Assembly (NCBI GenBank): GCA_028279475.1 | Contig: JANQNR010000013.1 | Location: 19,524 to 83,523 of the forward strand | Reading direction: 5' to 3' | Source: Rickettsiales bacterium | GTDB taxonomy: Bacteria; Pseudomonadota; Alphaproteobacteria; Rickettsiales; UBA998 | Length of the DNA stretch: 64,000 bases | Part shown: positions 9,697-19,130 of the stretch, one piece after another | Layout of the letters: each line of letters starts with the position of its first letter | Numbering within the stretch: position 1 is the first letter of the stretch | Translations under genes and position numbers: made by a program | Notes under the pieces: generated by a model | The model's input: only the letters and a program-made list of their open reading frames with translations | Database searches by the model: none | What the model was told of the DNA's origin: nothing

Positions 9697-10308
9697 TTAT
9701 GGCGCGATGCCTACTAATACCAGTGGAACTGCCGGAATCCCACGTCCCTGACGAATAAGATTATACAGTTCCCCTTCATAATAGGCCACACCCGAAGACA
9801 TCTGTTTCTGTAAAATTTTCATGGGCAATATTTCTATACCAACATCAATCACATCACCAACAAAAAAGGCCATATGCTTCACGAATAAATCATATGCAAC
9901 GAAAGGATATTTACCGAACTGGACTTCAATCGCGGTTCTTTCCTTCACAAAATCTGTCTGATTATAGGATGCAATGGCCTGCTCACCAGATGATTCAATC
10001 AGCTTTTTCTGCTCCTCCGCTTCCAAAGACATCGTTTTTCTAATGAGTTGCGCATCTTGCGTCACCCAATAAGAAGTTCGTGATTCGTGCCAACCTATAT
10101 GCGTCAGCCCTTCATTCATTTTCTTATTCATTTCTATCGGAGAGTATAAGGCATGACCCAAGGTTCGTTTTTCCCTGGAAATTTTCGTTCTGCATATTTC
10201 AGCATCAACCTGCTCAATAACGTCTTTAATTTCCTCCCACAAATGCGGCTTATGCACCAATAAATATTCAAAACCGTTGAGATGTGAATATTGAGCAACT
10301 ATCCGCAT
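9697..10308 (-). CDS. type II restriction endonuclease, BglII/BamHI-like fold (predicted)
   Basis: 203 aa, AT-rich. [12 protein letters not shown]...[16 protein letters not shown] parallels BamHI KRVGMEFETGN...DLAIILMPIKQLAYYL. The E-x-Q at the catalytic position is as in BglII. Its start abuts the methyltransferase stop. Confidence 0.6.
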   Translation of the reverse strand: MRIVAQYSHLNGFEYLLVHKPHLWEEIKDVIEQVDAEICRTKISREKRTLGHALYSPIEMNKKMNEGLTHIGWHESRTSYWVTQDAQLIRKTMSLEAEEQKKLIESSGEQAIASYNQTDFVKERTAIEVQFGKYPFVAYDLFVKHMAFFVGDVIDVGIEILPMKILQKQMSSGVAYYEGELYNLIRQGRGIPAVPLVLVGIAP

Positions 10309-11198
10309 TAGTGTCCCCCGCGCGGCTTGAGAGGATCATAGACAGGCTTATGCATTGGCCGTGTTCTCAATGTCCCGTTTTTCAAAGACTCCAGTCGCTG
10401 TCTTGCAATACCAACATACTCCGGCACCACGTCACATCCATAACCTGTCCGATGGTGCTTCATTGCCCCGATCACTGTCGTACCCACCCCCATATAAGGG
10501 TCAAATACGGCATCCCCCTTGTCTGTCAGAGATAATACCAGACGCTCTACCAACTCTACCGGAAACTGACATGGATGAATCGTTTTTTCCACGTGATTAC
10601 TTTTGACATTAGGAAATATCCATACATCTCCGGGATTTTTTCCGCTTGGATTGCAGGACAACTGACCTGCTTTTGGTCCTTTAAAATGTTTTTTGTTCGG
10701 ATATTTTGATGGCACCCTAATGGGATCAAGATTGAACGTATAATGATCTTCTTTCGTAAACCATAAGATCGTTTCATGTCTGCCTGAAAGACGCTTCGAA
10801 CAATGCAGACCATGTTCAAAGTGCCAGACGATACGATTACGCAATTTCAGACCAAACGACACAAAAACCGGGTACAATAAAATATCAAGCGGGATAATTT
10901 CCCCCTTATTAACATAGTTTCCGACCTGCCAACACAAAGAACCCTTCGGATGCAATAGACGCACACATTCGGCAATCACTTCCGTTTGATGCTTTACATA
11001 CTGTTCCAGTGTTTTTTTGTTCTCGTAGGTTTTACCAATGTTATAGGGCGGTGAAGTGACAATCAGCTTCATGCTTGCACTATCAAGACGCTCCATAAAC
11101 GCCATATTATCTTCACACGCAATATGTGCTTTGACCGGCTTATGTGTAGTGCGCGCCTGTTGTCGAATCTCTGATAAAGCCGATTCCGCCTGTTGCAT
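10308..11198 (-). CDS. DNA methyltransferase, beta-class N4/N6 (SPPY motif, likely m4C)
   Basis: 296 aa. Motif IV is TSPPYN near the N-terminus and the AdoMet motif FDPYMGVGTT is near the C-terminus, which is beta-class order (N6_N4_Mtase type). Confidence 0.85.
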   Translation of the reverse strand: MQQAESALSEIRQQARTTHKPVKAHIACEDNMAFMERLDSASMKLIVTSPPYNIGKTYENKKTLEQYVKHQTEVIAECVRLLHPKGSLCWQVGNYVNKGEIIPLDILLYPVFVSFGLKLRNRIVWHFEHGLHCSKRLSGRHETILWFTKEDHYTFNLDPIRVPSKYPNKKHFKGPKAGQLSCNPSGKNPGDVWIFPNVKSNHVEKTIHPCQFPVELVERLVLSLTDKGDAVFDPYMGVGTTVIGAMKHHRTGYGCDVVPEYVGIARQRLESLKNGTLRTRPMHKPVYDPLKPRGGH

Positions 11199-11220
11199 TC
11201 AGTGTTCCCCCTAGTGCCCC

Positions 11221-13041
11221 TTACATATCACTCACACGGCTGCCCGCAAGCGCTTTCTGAACGGCGGCGTTCATCCGACGTTCGGCAAACAGTTCGATGG
11301 CGCGCTTCAACCCCTCATGTGCTGCGTCAATGGCATCGCGATCATCAGCACTGAGTACGCCCTGCGTATTCTCTATGGCCTTTACAATTGCAGTCTTTTC
11401 TTCTTCATCCAACAAATCGTCATCCTGCTTTAGCGCCGAGCGTGTTTCTTCAATCGTACGCTGTGCCTCGACCCGTGCTTCGGCCAGCAGGCGCTGCATG
11501 ATATCCTCGCGCCCTTTTTCCATGCTCTCCCGGATCATCTGTTCGATCGTGTCAATCGGCAAGCCGTAGGATGGCTTGACTTCAACAGTCTGGGATAGAC
11601 CGGTCTCCTGCTCCTTGGCCGAAACGGTGAGCAACCCATCCGCATCGATAGTAAAGCGGACTTCCACACGTGTAATCCCGGCTGGCAATGGCGGAATGCC
11701 AGTAAGTTCAAAGCGCGCCAGCGAGCGGCACTGATCGACCATCTCACGTTCACCCTGCACCACATGAATTTGCATCCCGGTCTGCCCATCCTGATACGTC
11801 GTAAACTCCTGCGTCGCTTCCGCCGGGATCGGCGTATTACGATAGATCAGCTTTTCAACAATGCCGCCCATCGTCTCTAACCCCAGTGAAAGCGGCGTCA
11901 CATCCAGCAGCAGATGATCCCCGCCTTGGGTCAGTGCCTGCGCCTGTACGGCAGCGCCATATGCCACCACCCGATCCGGGTCAAGATCATCATAGACCGG
12001 GCAGTCAAAATGCCCTTCCACCGCTTTGCGTACCGCGTTCAAGCGCGTTGAACCGCCGACCAGCACCACTCCCTGAAGTCCGCCAGAGATTACATTTGCA
12101 TCTTCCAGCACTTGCGTGGAAATGGTTAGTGTGCGGGCGATTAGAGGCGCGGCCAGTGTATCCAGTGTCTGCGCATCCAGTGATACCATCAACCCACCAA
12201 TCTCCTCGTCGATGCGCTCTACCTTACTCAGCGCTTCCTTCATATGACGAGCAACCGCCTGCACTTCCTGCCCTTCCACACCATATTCACCGCGAAGATA
12301 GCCGGCGATGGCCACATCGACATCATGGCCACCCAGCGCCGTATCCCCCGCCGTAGCGAGAACCTGGAACACACCACCTTCCAGATTGAGAATAGACATA
12401 TCGAACGTACCGCCACCCAGATCATACACCGCGTAGACACCTTCCTTCCCATGCTCCAAGCCGTAAGCCAGCGCCGCCGCGGTCGGTTCATTAATCAGAC
12501 GCAACACCTCCAATCCTGCCAGTTCCGCTGCTTGTCGCGTTGCCTGCCGCGCCGCATCATCGAAATAGGCTGGCACGGTGATGACGGCCTGCATCACGTC
12601 CCGTTCAAGTGCATCCACTGCCACCTGCCTGACATGCGCCAGAATATCCCCGGAGATACTAATCGGCGTATGTTCGCTTCCATCCAGCCGGTAAGTCGGC
12701 ACGGCCTCGCCGTCGCTAATCAACGCCTCTTTCCACTCCGGGAACTGCGCCGCTGCTTCCGCCGAAGAACGTCCCATCAGCCGCTTGATGGCCTGCATAG
12801 GGTGTGTGCCCTGCGCCTGCGCCGCCTCAAATGCCGTAGCGCCAATATACGTTTCACCATCCTGATAATATGTCACCGAGGGAATCAGGCTATGCCCCTG
12901 ATCATCTTCCAGCGCCACCGGCGCATCACCCTTCATGCAGGCGACCACGGAATGCGTGGTACCCAGATCAATGCCAAGTACCGGACGCCGTTCGTGCGGT
13001 TCCGGCGTCATACCGGGTTCATGTATTTGTAATAAGCTCAT
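11221..13041 (-). CDS. hscA: Fe-S cluster assembly chaperone HscA (Hsp70 type)
   Basis: 606 aa. [20 protein letters not shown] and VLVGGSTR Hsp70 motifs. Located in the ISC operon. Confidence 0.92.
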   Translation of the reverse strand: MSLLQIHEPGMTPEPHERRPVLGIDLGTTHSVVACMKGDAPVALEDDQGHSLIPSVTYYQDGETYIGATAFEAAQAQGTHPMQAIKRLMGRSSAEAAAQFPEWKEALISDGEAVPTYRLDGSEHTPISISGDILAHVRQVAVDALERDVMQAVITVPAYFDDAARQATRQAAELAGLEVLRLINEPTAAALAYGLEHGKEGVYAVYDLGGGTFDMSILNLEGGVFQVLATAGDTALGGHDVDVAIAGYLRGEYGVEGQEVQAVARHMKEALSKVERIDEEIGGLMVSLDAQTLDTLAAPLIARTLTISTQVLEDANVISGGLQGVVLVGGSTRLNAVRKAVEGHFDCPVYDDLDPDRVVAYGAAVQAQALTQGGDHLLLDVTPLSLGLETMGGIVEKLIYRNTPIPAEATQEFTTYQDGQTGMQIHVVQGEREMVDQCRSLARFELTGIPPLPAGITRVEVRFTIDADGLLTVSAKEQETGLSQTVEVKPSYGLPIDTIEQMIRESMEKGREDIMQRLLAEARVEAQRTIEETRSALKQDDDLLDEEEKTAIVKAIENTQGVLSADDRDAIDAAHEGLKRAIELFAERRMNAAVQKALAGSRVSDM

Positions 13042-13053
13042 ATACGGTACAAA

Positions 13054-13548
13054 TCATGCGAGCGTTTTTTGTTTCTGCGCCACTTCCTGTTCCACTTTGG
13101 TTAGATAGCGCAGGCGCAATGCCGATGCAACCGCTGCCTCCCATTTCTTTTCTGTAATGGCAGCGCTACAGGCAGCAATGACTGCACGGCGCTCCTCGGC
13201 CATACGGCTCGCAAACGCCTGCAATGCGTCCTGATCCTCTATGTCCATCAGCTCTTCGCGCCATTCCATCGATGCCATCAGCAACTCCGGCGACGCCTGC
13301 ACCGCGTCGGACAGCACATCATGCCCGTTCAGTTTCAGCAGGTAATACAGGCGCGTATCCTCCGCCTTGAGTGTCTGATAGGCGGCATTGACATCGGCGG
13401 AACGTTGCAGCATCCGCGCCCGTTCTTCCGCACCGGTTGCCTTGTCCGGGTGGCAGGCTTTCTGCGCCTCGAAATAGCGGGATTTCAGTAGCGCTCCGTC
13501 TACTTCCGGCGATACCTCCAACCCCAGCAGGGTAAAATAGTTTTCCAT
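13054..13548 (-). CDS. hscB: Fe-S cluster co-chaperone HscB (J-domain)
   Basis: MENYFTLLGLE...CHPDK gives the J-domain HPD motif. Start preferred at 13548 (ATG); the ORF track extends to 13608. Confidence 0.85.
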   Translation of the reverse strand: MENYFTLLGLEVSPEVDGALLKSRYFEAQKACHPDKATGAEERARMLQRSADVNAAYQTLKAEDTRLYYLLKLNGHDVLSDAVQASPELLMASMEWREELMDIEDQDALQAFASRMAEERRAVIAACSAAITEKKWEAAVASALRLRYLTKVEQEVAQKQKTLA

Positions 13549-13850
13549 GCCCTTGCTATAACGCACCAGGTGCGCTATAGCTAGAGGTGTTACAGTTGGA
13601 ATTGTCAATTATGGGCGATATCCTGATCCAAATTTCCCTACAAAGGGAATGCTGGCTGTTCATCGGGAATTTTCCGATCGCACTAGGTATATACTTGGTG
13701 GTTCACGAAATTCTCCAAACCGGAGATGCTCGAATATATATTCCATATTCGAACAACGTCGGATGCATTATGCTTGGCCTCATCTTTTTGGTGAGGCTAC
13801 AAGAATTTCTAGTGTTTGGTCATTTCTCCTTTTGAGGAATGACCTATTTT

Positions 13851-14186
13851 TTACACGTGGAACGACTCTCCACACCCGCACCGGCCTTTTTCATTCGGAT
13901 TGCGGAAGACAAAACCGCTTTTAAACTTGTCCTCTTCATAGTCCATTTCGGAACCGATCAGAAACATCACCGCCTTTGGATCGATCATCACCCGCACGCC
14001 CTTGTCCTCGATCAATTCGTCATATTTCCCGATCTCGTCGGCATATTCGATATTGTAGGACAGGCCGGAGCAGCCGCGCGTTTTGATATCCACGCGAATC
14101 CCCTGAGTGGACTCCTTCGCCCGCTGGGCAATCAACCCTTTGATCTGCTCGGCGGCATGGTCACTGATGGTAATCAACGGTTGCAT
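13851..14186 (-). CDS. iscA: iron-sulfur cluster assembly protein IscA
   Basis: 111 aa. A-type carrier motifs RGCSGLSY and C-terminal GCGCGESF. Confidence 0.92.
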   Translation of the reverse strand: MQPLITISDHAAEQIKGLIAQRAKESTQGIRVDIKTRGCSGLSYNIEYADEIGKYDELIEDKGVRVMIDPKAVMFLIGSEMDYEEDKFKSGFVFRNPNEKGRCGCGESFHV

Positions 14187-14197
14187 CGGCCATCCCC

Positions 14198-14632
14198 TTA
14201 CCCGGCGGAAGCGGATTTACGCTGGTGCTCTTCCAACTCTTCCTCAGAAAGCATTCCGCGCTTATGTTTGTAATCGCGTACCGCTGCCTTGATGGCATCT
14301 TCGGCCAATACGGAGCAATGAATTTTCACCGGCGGCAGGGACAGATGCTTGGCGATTTCGGTGTTTTTCAACTCCATCGCCTCATCGATGTTCTTCCCAC
14401 GCACCCATTCGGTAACCAGCGAACTGGAAGCAATTGCCGAACCGCAGCCGAAGGTCTTGAACTTCGCTGCCTCGATGACCCCGTCATCACTGACCTTGAT
14501 CTGTAGCTTCATCACGTCGCCACACGCCGGCGCACCGACCAGACCGGTACCAACGCCGTCATCGCCCTTATCAAACGATCCGACATTACGCGGATTATTG
14601 TAATGATCCATCAACGTATCACTATAGGCCAT
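14198..14632 (-). CDS. iscU: Fe-S cluster scaffold IscU
   Basis: 144 aa. HYNNPRNVG, GAPACGDVM, FKTFGCGSAIASSS and LPPVKIHCS motifs. Confidence 0.93.
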   Translation of the reverse strand: MAYSDTLMDHYNNPRNVGSFDKGDDGVGTGLVGAPACGDVMKLQIKVSDDGVIEAAKFKTFGCGSAIASSSLVTEWVRGKNIDEAMELKNTEIAKHLSLPPVKIHCSVLAEDAIKAAVRDYKHKRGMLSEEELEEHQRKSASAG

Positions 14633-14941
14633 TGCACATTATCTCCCTGATTTTAAAGACGTTGGCTTCTTTACCATAGTAGCACACACCCCGCAAGGGT
14701 TAGAAGCCTTTCCGAATGAAATGTTTTTCATGTGTGCGGTTTGCCTCTAAGCCTGACGCTTATTACCTCTCACTATCCGCCACCGCCCTCTACGCTCAGA
14801 AGCGTGACAATTAGGAACACACGTAGAAATACTGCTTTTGGCCAAAGGTTTGCACGGTTTTCAACAGCCAGGAATAAGTGACAGATAGAGTAGGCTAATT
14901 GTCATTGTTCTTTTCCAAAATAGTCCCTTTTTGGTGAAAAA

Positions 14942-15904
14942 CTACTCAACACAATCTGGAATAATTGCAGGCAGTACTGCAAGTTCCGGATTCTTACGGA
15001 ATAGCTGAGACTCTTCCCTAGTATGAAATCTAGCTATATGCCAAGGCATAGCACCTTTCTTGACCTGCCTTCGTGTCCATGAGTGTTTTAATCCTATTGC
15101 CCCATGTCCTTCTCGAACAATAATTGTTGCCCTTTCATTCGGAATATTACTGAAACCTTCACCGCATAAAATTTCCTTGGGTTCCTTATAATAGGAAATA
15201 TGATATTCGCGCATAATTCTTAATGCTTCTAAGTAAGCAAGAGCCTTGTTTACAAAGGTCAACTTTTCCTCATGAGAATATTGCCTAGCAGGATTTCGCG
15301 TTCGCAGTTCCGAACCAAAAAAACTGTAATCAGCGTGGAAAATGCTGTTTCTTAGGTCTCTGTCATATGCATCTTTAATAGGAATAACAATTTCAGAAAA
15401 CCCTTTCTTGTCTGCAACAGAGCTAAGGTTCTGGATTTTCTCTCCAACAGTTTGTGGCCTATTTACTCCTTTCTTCCTCTCAATATCTGGATAATTTGAT
15501 ATATTGTGCCTGCCTCCACCTGCAACAATAGCCATATTATAAAGCAACTCATACGGTTCGGATGCCTCTATGATATGCCCATAAGTCCATAACAACAGGT
15601 GTTCAGAAGCAATGCTACTTTGATTGTGTTCAATAATCTCTAAGATCTTCGGTATAGACGTAGTCGTCGTTTCAAATGGATCCCAACCAGCATCAGAAGA
15701 GGGGCCTATTGAAAGGATAGTACATATAAAATCAAATTCGCTTTTTGACTTAGCTGCACTGAATACAGGCTCGTAGCAATTTAAATATTTTGGTAAAGCC
15801 TCAAGGTAAGAAGGGTGAGAGCGTTTATCTTCTGTAGAATTAGTAAGGCTCCATTTTCCCGTTTCATCATCTCTATAAAGTCCCATGAACCTACCTATAG
15901 CCAA
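14942..15904 (-). CDS. orphan protein with HEPN-type Rx4H motif (possible Abi-like RNase)
   Basis: 320-aa ORF in a visibly AT-rich block. The only recognisable feature is DLRNSIFHADY (R185-N-x3-H190), which matches the Rx4-6H HEPN motif with N after R. It lies next to mazEF. Confidence 0.45.
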   Translation of the reverse strand: MAIGRFMGLYRDDETGKWSLTNSTEDKRSHPSYLEALPKYLNCYEPVFSAAKSKSEFDFICTILSIGPSSDAGWDPFETTTTSIPKILEIIEHNQSSIASEHLLLWTYGHIIEASEPYELLYNMAIVAGGGRHNISNYPDIERKKGVNRPQTVGEKIQNLSSVADKKGFSEIVIPIKDAYDRDLRNSIFHADYSFFGSELRTRNPARQYSHEEKLTFVNKALAYLEALRIMREYHISYYKEPKEILCGEGFSNIPNERATIIVREGHGAIGLKHSWTRRQVKKGAMPWHIARFHTREESQLFRKNPELAVLPAIIPDCVE

Positions 15905-15996
15905 TCCTTATATTCCGCACAGTTGTATCATACCACCGTCCATTTGTAATCTATGACCTCATGAGGTGACAACTAGCCTTTACCCTACATCTCAGG

Positions 15997-16332
15997 TTAA
16001 ATCCCAAACACTATTTTCAATGCATCCTGAATCGCTGGAAGATACGTCTTCTCAAGACTCCCCTGTCTGGTATCAATGCGTGACACGTCAATTGCACGTA
16101 ATTGTTTCAGGTTCACATGACGGTCTTTGTCTAGCCCATTCGCTTTGGTAGCGGTTACGTTGACGACAAAAGGCCACGTTTTATGATTAGGCAGGATTGG
16201 TGCAACAATCACCGTTTTAGAATATTTGTTGACCATATCAGCTTGCACAATCACGCAGGGTCGTTTTTTCTGTGTCTCGGCGCCACGTGTCGGCTCAAGA
16301 TCAACCCACCAAATATCAAGCTGTTTAATCAT
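15997..16332 (-). CDS. mazF: type II toxin, PemK/MazF-family endoribonuclease
   Basis: 111 aa. DIWWVDLEPTRGAETQKKRPCVIVQ...VIVAPI is the classic PemK/MazF N-terminal signature. Confidence 0.85.
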   Translation of the reverse strand: MIKQLDIWWVDLEPTRGAETQKKRPCVIVQADMVNKYSKTVIVAPILPNHKTWPFVVNVTATKANGLDKDRHVNLKQLRAIDVSRIDTRQGSLEKTYLPAIQDALKIVFGI

Positions 16333-16561
16333 CCGCGTTCAGACCATCGGACAATGTGGCATCCCACTGTGCTAATTCTTGCTGATAATCCTGATCGGTG
16401 GCTTCTTCCTGATTGGCTTGCATCAACGCTTCTGCGAGCGTCCGTTGTTTCTCTTGTTTCAGCAGATCATTGATAAACGCGCTTTTATTATTACCACCAG
16501 CGGCCATCAGAAAAGCGTGTGCTTCTGTATCTAACGTAAATGTTGCTCGGTTCGTGGTCAT
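16325..16561 (-). CDS. cognate antitoxin (small acidic-tailed, RHH/MazE-like position)
   Basis: 78-aa ORF overlapping the toxin start by 8 nt. Acidic C-terminus. AGGAG lies 10 nt upstream of the ATG. The family call rests on position only. Confidence 0.6.
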   Translation of the reverse strand: MTTNRATFTLDTEAHAFLMAAGGNNKSAFINDLLKQEKQRTLAEALMQANQEEATDQDYQQELAQWDATLSDGLNADD

Positions 16562-16577
16562 TGAATCTTACTCCTTA

Positions 16578-16594
16578 TATGATAATATATCATA
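16578..16594 (-). promoter_or_regulatory. palindromic operator candidate upstream of the antitoxin gene
   Basis: tatgata-ata-tatcata is a perfect 7-bp inverted repeat located 17-33 nt upstream of the antitoxin ATG, in an AT-rich -10-like context. Confidence 0.4.
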
Positions 16595-16658
16595 CTAAAG
16601 AGTATTATGCAATGGCTCGGCTTATGAAATGATAGATATGCATCGACGGGTTACAGCT

Positions 16659-17915
16659 TTAATGCTCCGCCCATTTGATCGCTGAAATATCGACGCCTTC
16701 CTGCGCCATTTCCCATAACGGGCTGAGTTCCCGCAACCGATCAATGCTATTGGTGACGATCTCAATGGCTGCATCGACTTCCGCCTCGGTAGTAAAGCGT
16801 CCGATTCCGAACCGAATTGACGTATGCGCCAGTTCCTCACTCAACCCCAGCGCCCGCAGCACGTAAGACGGCTCCAGTGAGGCCGACGTACAGGCCGATC
16901 CGCTCGATACCGCCAAATCTTTAATTGCCATGATCATTGACTCGCCTTCAATATGGGCAAAGCTGAGATTGATATTCCCCGGCCAGCGCTGCTCGCGATT
17001 GCCGTTGAGGAACACTTCCGGAATGCCGTCCAGAATGGCGGCGGTGAATCGATCACTCAGACGCCGGATGCGCGCCGCTTCTTCATCCATCTCCTGCGAG
17101 GCAATCTGCGCTGCCTTGCCTAACCCGACAACCATCGGCGTCGGCAGTGTCCCTGAACGCATCCCACGCTCCTGACCACCACCATTAATTAGTGCTTCCA
17201 TGCGCACACGCGGACGGCGGCGAACATAGAGCGCACCAATCCCTTTCGGGGCATAGATTTTATGGCCGGAGATACTCATCAGGTCGATGTTCATCTCTTC
17301 GACATTGAGCGGTACTTTGCCGAATGCTTGCGCTGCATCGGTATGGAAGAACACCCCGCGTTCGCGGCAGAGCTTACCAATCTCGGCGATAGGCTGAATC
17401 ACGCCGATCTCGTTATTAATCGCCATTACAGAGACCAGCAACGTGTCCTCCCGCATGGCTTTGCGCAAATCATCCAGATCAATCAGCCCGTCCGTTCCCA
17501 CCGGCAGATAGGTCACGTCGAATCCGTCTTTCTCCAGATGACGGCAGGAATCCAGCACACATTTATGCTCAGTCACTACCGTAATGATGTGCCGCTTTTT
17601 ATCCTTGTAAAACCGCGCCACACCCTTAATGGCCATGTTATTGGACTCGGTGGCACCGGAGGTGAACACGATTTCCTTCTCCGATGCGCCGATCAGTCGC
17701 GCCACGTCGGAACGCGCCCCTTCAATCGCCGCTTCCGACTCCCAGCCGAACGCATGGCTGCGCGAATGCGGATTGCCGAACTTCTGCGTAAAATAGGGCA
17801 ACATGGCATCCATGATACGCGGATCGACCGGCGTGGTGGACTGATAGTCCATATAAATAGGAAAGGTTACGGCTGCATCGGATGCGTTCGCGTTATGATT
17901 CACTGCTAATTCCAT
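16659..17915 (-). CDS. iscS: cysteine desulfurase IscS
   Basis: 418 aa. The PLP lysine motif [18 protein letters not shown] and C-terminal IKWAEH are typical group I IscS. Confidence 0.93.
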   Translation of the reverse strand: MELAVNHNANASDAAVTFPIYMDYQSTTPVDPRIMDAMLPYFTQKFGNPHSRSHAFGWESEAAIEGARSDVARLIGASEKEIVFTSGATESNNMAIKGVARFYKDKKRHIITVVTEHKCVLDSCRHLEKDGFDVTYLPVGTDGLIDLDDLRKAMREDTLLVSVMAINNEIGVIQPIAEIGKLCRERGVFFHTDAAQAFGKVPLNVEEMNIDLMSISGHKIYAPKGIGALYVRRRPRVRMEALINGGGQERGMRSGTLPTPMVVGLGKAAQIASQEMDEEAARIRRLSDRFTAAILDGIPEVFLNGNREQRWPGNINLSFAHIEGESMIMAIKDLAVSSGSACTSASLEPSYVLRALGLSEELAHTSIRFGIGRFTTEAEVDAAIEIVTNSIDRLRELSPLWEMAQEGVDISAIKWAEH

Positions 17916-17967
17916 ATGTTATCACCTTGTAATTCTACCTAAAATCTAATGATTTAACCATCATTTA

Positions 17968-19080
17968 TCAAGGGTTGTTTCCTTGATTCTTTGTCATCAA
18001 CGCACACCATGCATCTTTAAAGCATTGAATTTCCTTTTCTTTCGTGTTCCAGCCGATACTAATACGCACCGTATCATCTTGCGCATCCCCTCCCAGCATC
18101 GCTCGCACCACATGCGACGGCTCGATCCGTCCGGACGAGCAGGCCGACCCGGCGCTCACCGCAAAACCTTTCAGATCGAACTGCATTAGCTGCGTCTCTG
18201 AACGCACGCCCGGCATACGCAAACAGGTCGTATTAGGCAAACGGGGCGCTTCGCCACCGAGCACAATCGTTTCATTAGGACATCGCGCCTGACAGGTCGT
18301 TTCCATCGCATCCAGCCAGCCGCGTATCTTACCTTGCCAATCGTCCTGCGCTGCTAATTCTACCGCTTTGGCAAATCCGGCAATTGCGGCCACATTCTCT
18401 GTTCCGGCGCGACGATTCAGTTCCTGCCCTCCCCCGGTGATGAGGGGAGATAACTCCGTCTGTTGCGACACAAATAAAGCACCCGCACCCGGCGGCCCAC
18501 CCATTTTATGCGCCGAGAGACTCAGCAGATCGACGCCCAGCAGATTCACATCCACCGGCATCTTACCGAACGCCTGCACCGCGTCACAATGCAGAAGACC
18601 GCCATGCGCATGTACCAGTGCCGCAATCTCACGGATTGGCTGGATCACCCCGGTTTCGTTATTCGCCAGCATGATGGAAACCAGCACAGGTTTGGTCTGC
18701 GCTTGCAACCACTGTTCTAACGCATCCAGCTCTAACAATCCCTGCGCATTCACTGGCACCTGCCATGCAAGCGGCACCGTTTTTAACACCGAAGCATGTT
18801 CGGTCGCTGAGACGGCTACCACCTCACACCGCGTCCCTCTCAATGCCAGATTATTCGCCTCCGTGCCACTGGCGGCCAACACTAACTCGCCCGGAAAACA
18901 GCTGATCGCCTCGGCAATGCTGCGCCGAGCCTCTTCCAGCAACGCCTTCGCCGCCCGCCCCGACGCATGCACCGAAGAGGGATTGGCCGGAGCACTCATC
19001 ACTTCTGCCATGCGCTCCACCACCTCCGGGCGGATGGGTGCAGTGGCGTTATAATCGAGATACATGGCAGAAGGTCGCAT
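17968..19080 (-). CDS. NifS-like cysteine desulfurase (second class V aminotransferase)
   Basis: 370 aa. YLDYNATAP, SAHKMGGPPGAGALF (PLP Lys) and SAGSACSSG (active-site Cys). Confidence 0.85.
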   Translation of the reverse strand: MRPSAMYLDYNATAPIRPEVVERMAEVMSAPANPSSVHASGRAAKALLEEARRSIAEAISCFPGELVLAASGTEANNLALRGTRCEVVAVSATEHASVLKTVPLAWQVPVNAQGLLELDALEQWLQAQTKPVLVSIMLANNETGVIQPIREIAALVHAHGGLLHCDAVQAFGKMPVDVNLLGVDLLSLSAHKMGGPPGAGALFVSQQTELSPLITGGGQELNRRAGTENVAAIAGFAKAVELAAQDDWQGKIRGWLDAMETTCQARCPNETIVLGGEAPRLPNTTCLRMPGVRSETQLMQFDLKGFAVSAGSACSSGRIEPSHVVRAMLGGDAQDDTVRISIGWNTKEKEIQCFKDAWCALMTKNQGNNP

Positions 19081-19098
19081 AGGATAGGATATTCTTGG

Positions 19099-19117
19099 TA
19101 TAGCGTGTTACACTATA
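19099..19117. promoter_or_regulatory. 19-nt near-perfect palindrome upstream of the nifS-like gene
   Basis: tatagcgtgttacactata has one mismatch from perfect dyad symmetry and lies about 19 nt upstream of the ATG at 19080. Confidence 0.3.
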
Positions 19118-19130
19118 AATGTAAATTGCG

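Noticed and set aside
13587-13924. Small plus-strand ORFs (82 and 91 aa) in the iscA-hscB spacer
   Set aside because: They have hydrophobic/odd composition, no SD, and partly overlap iscA. They are more likely non-coding spacer.
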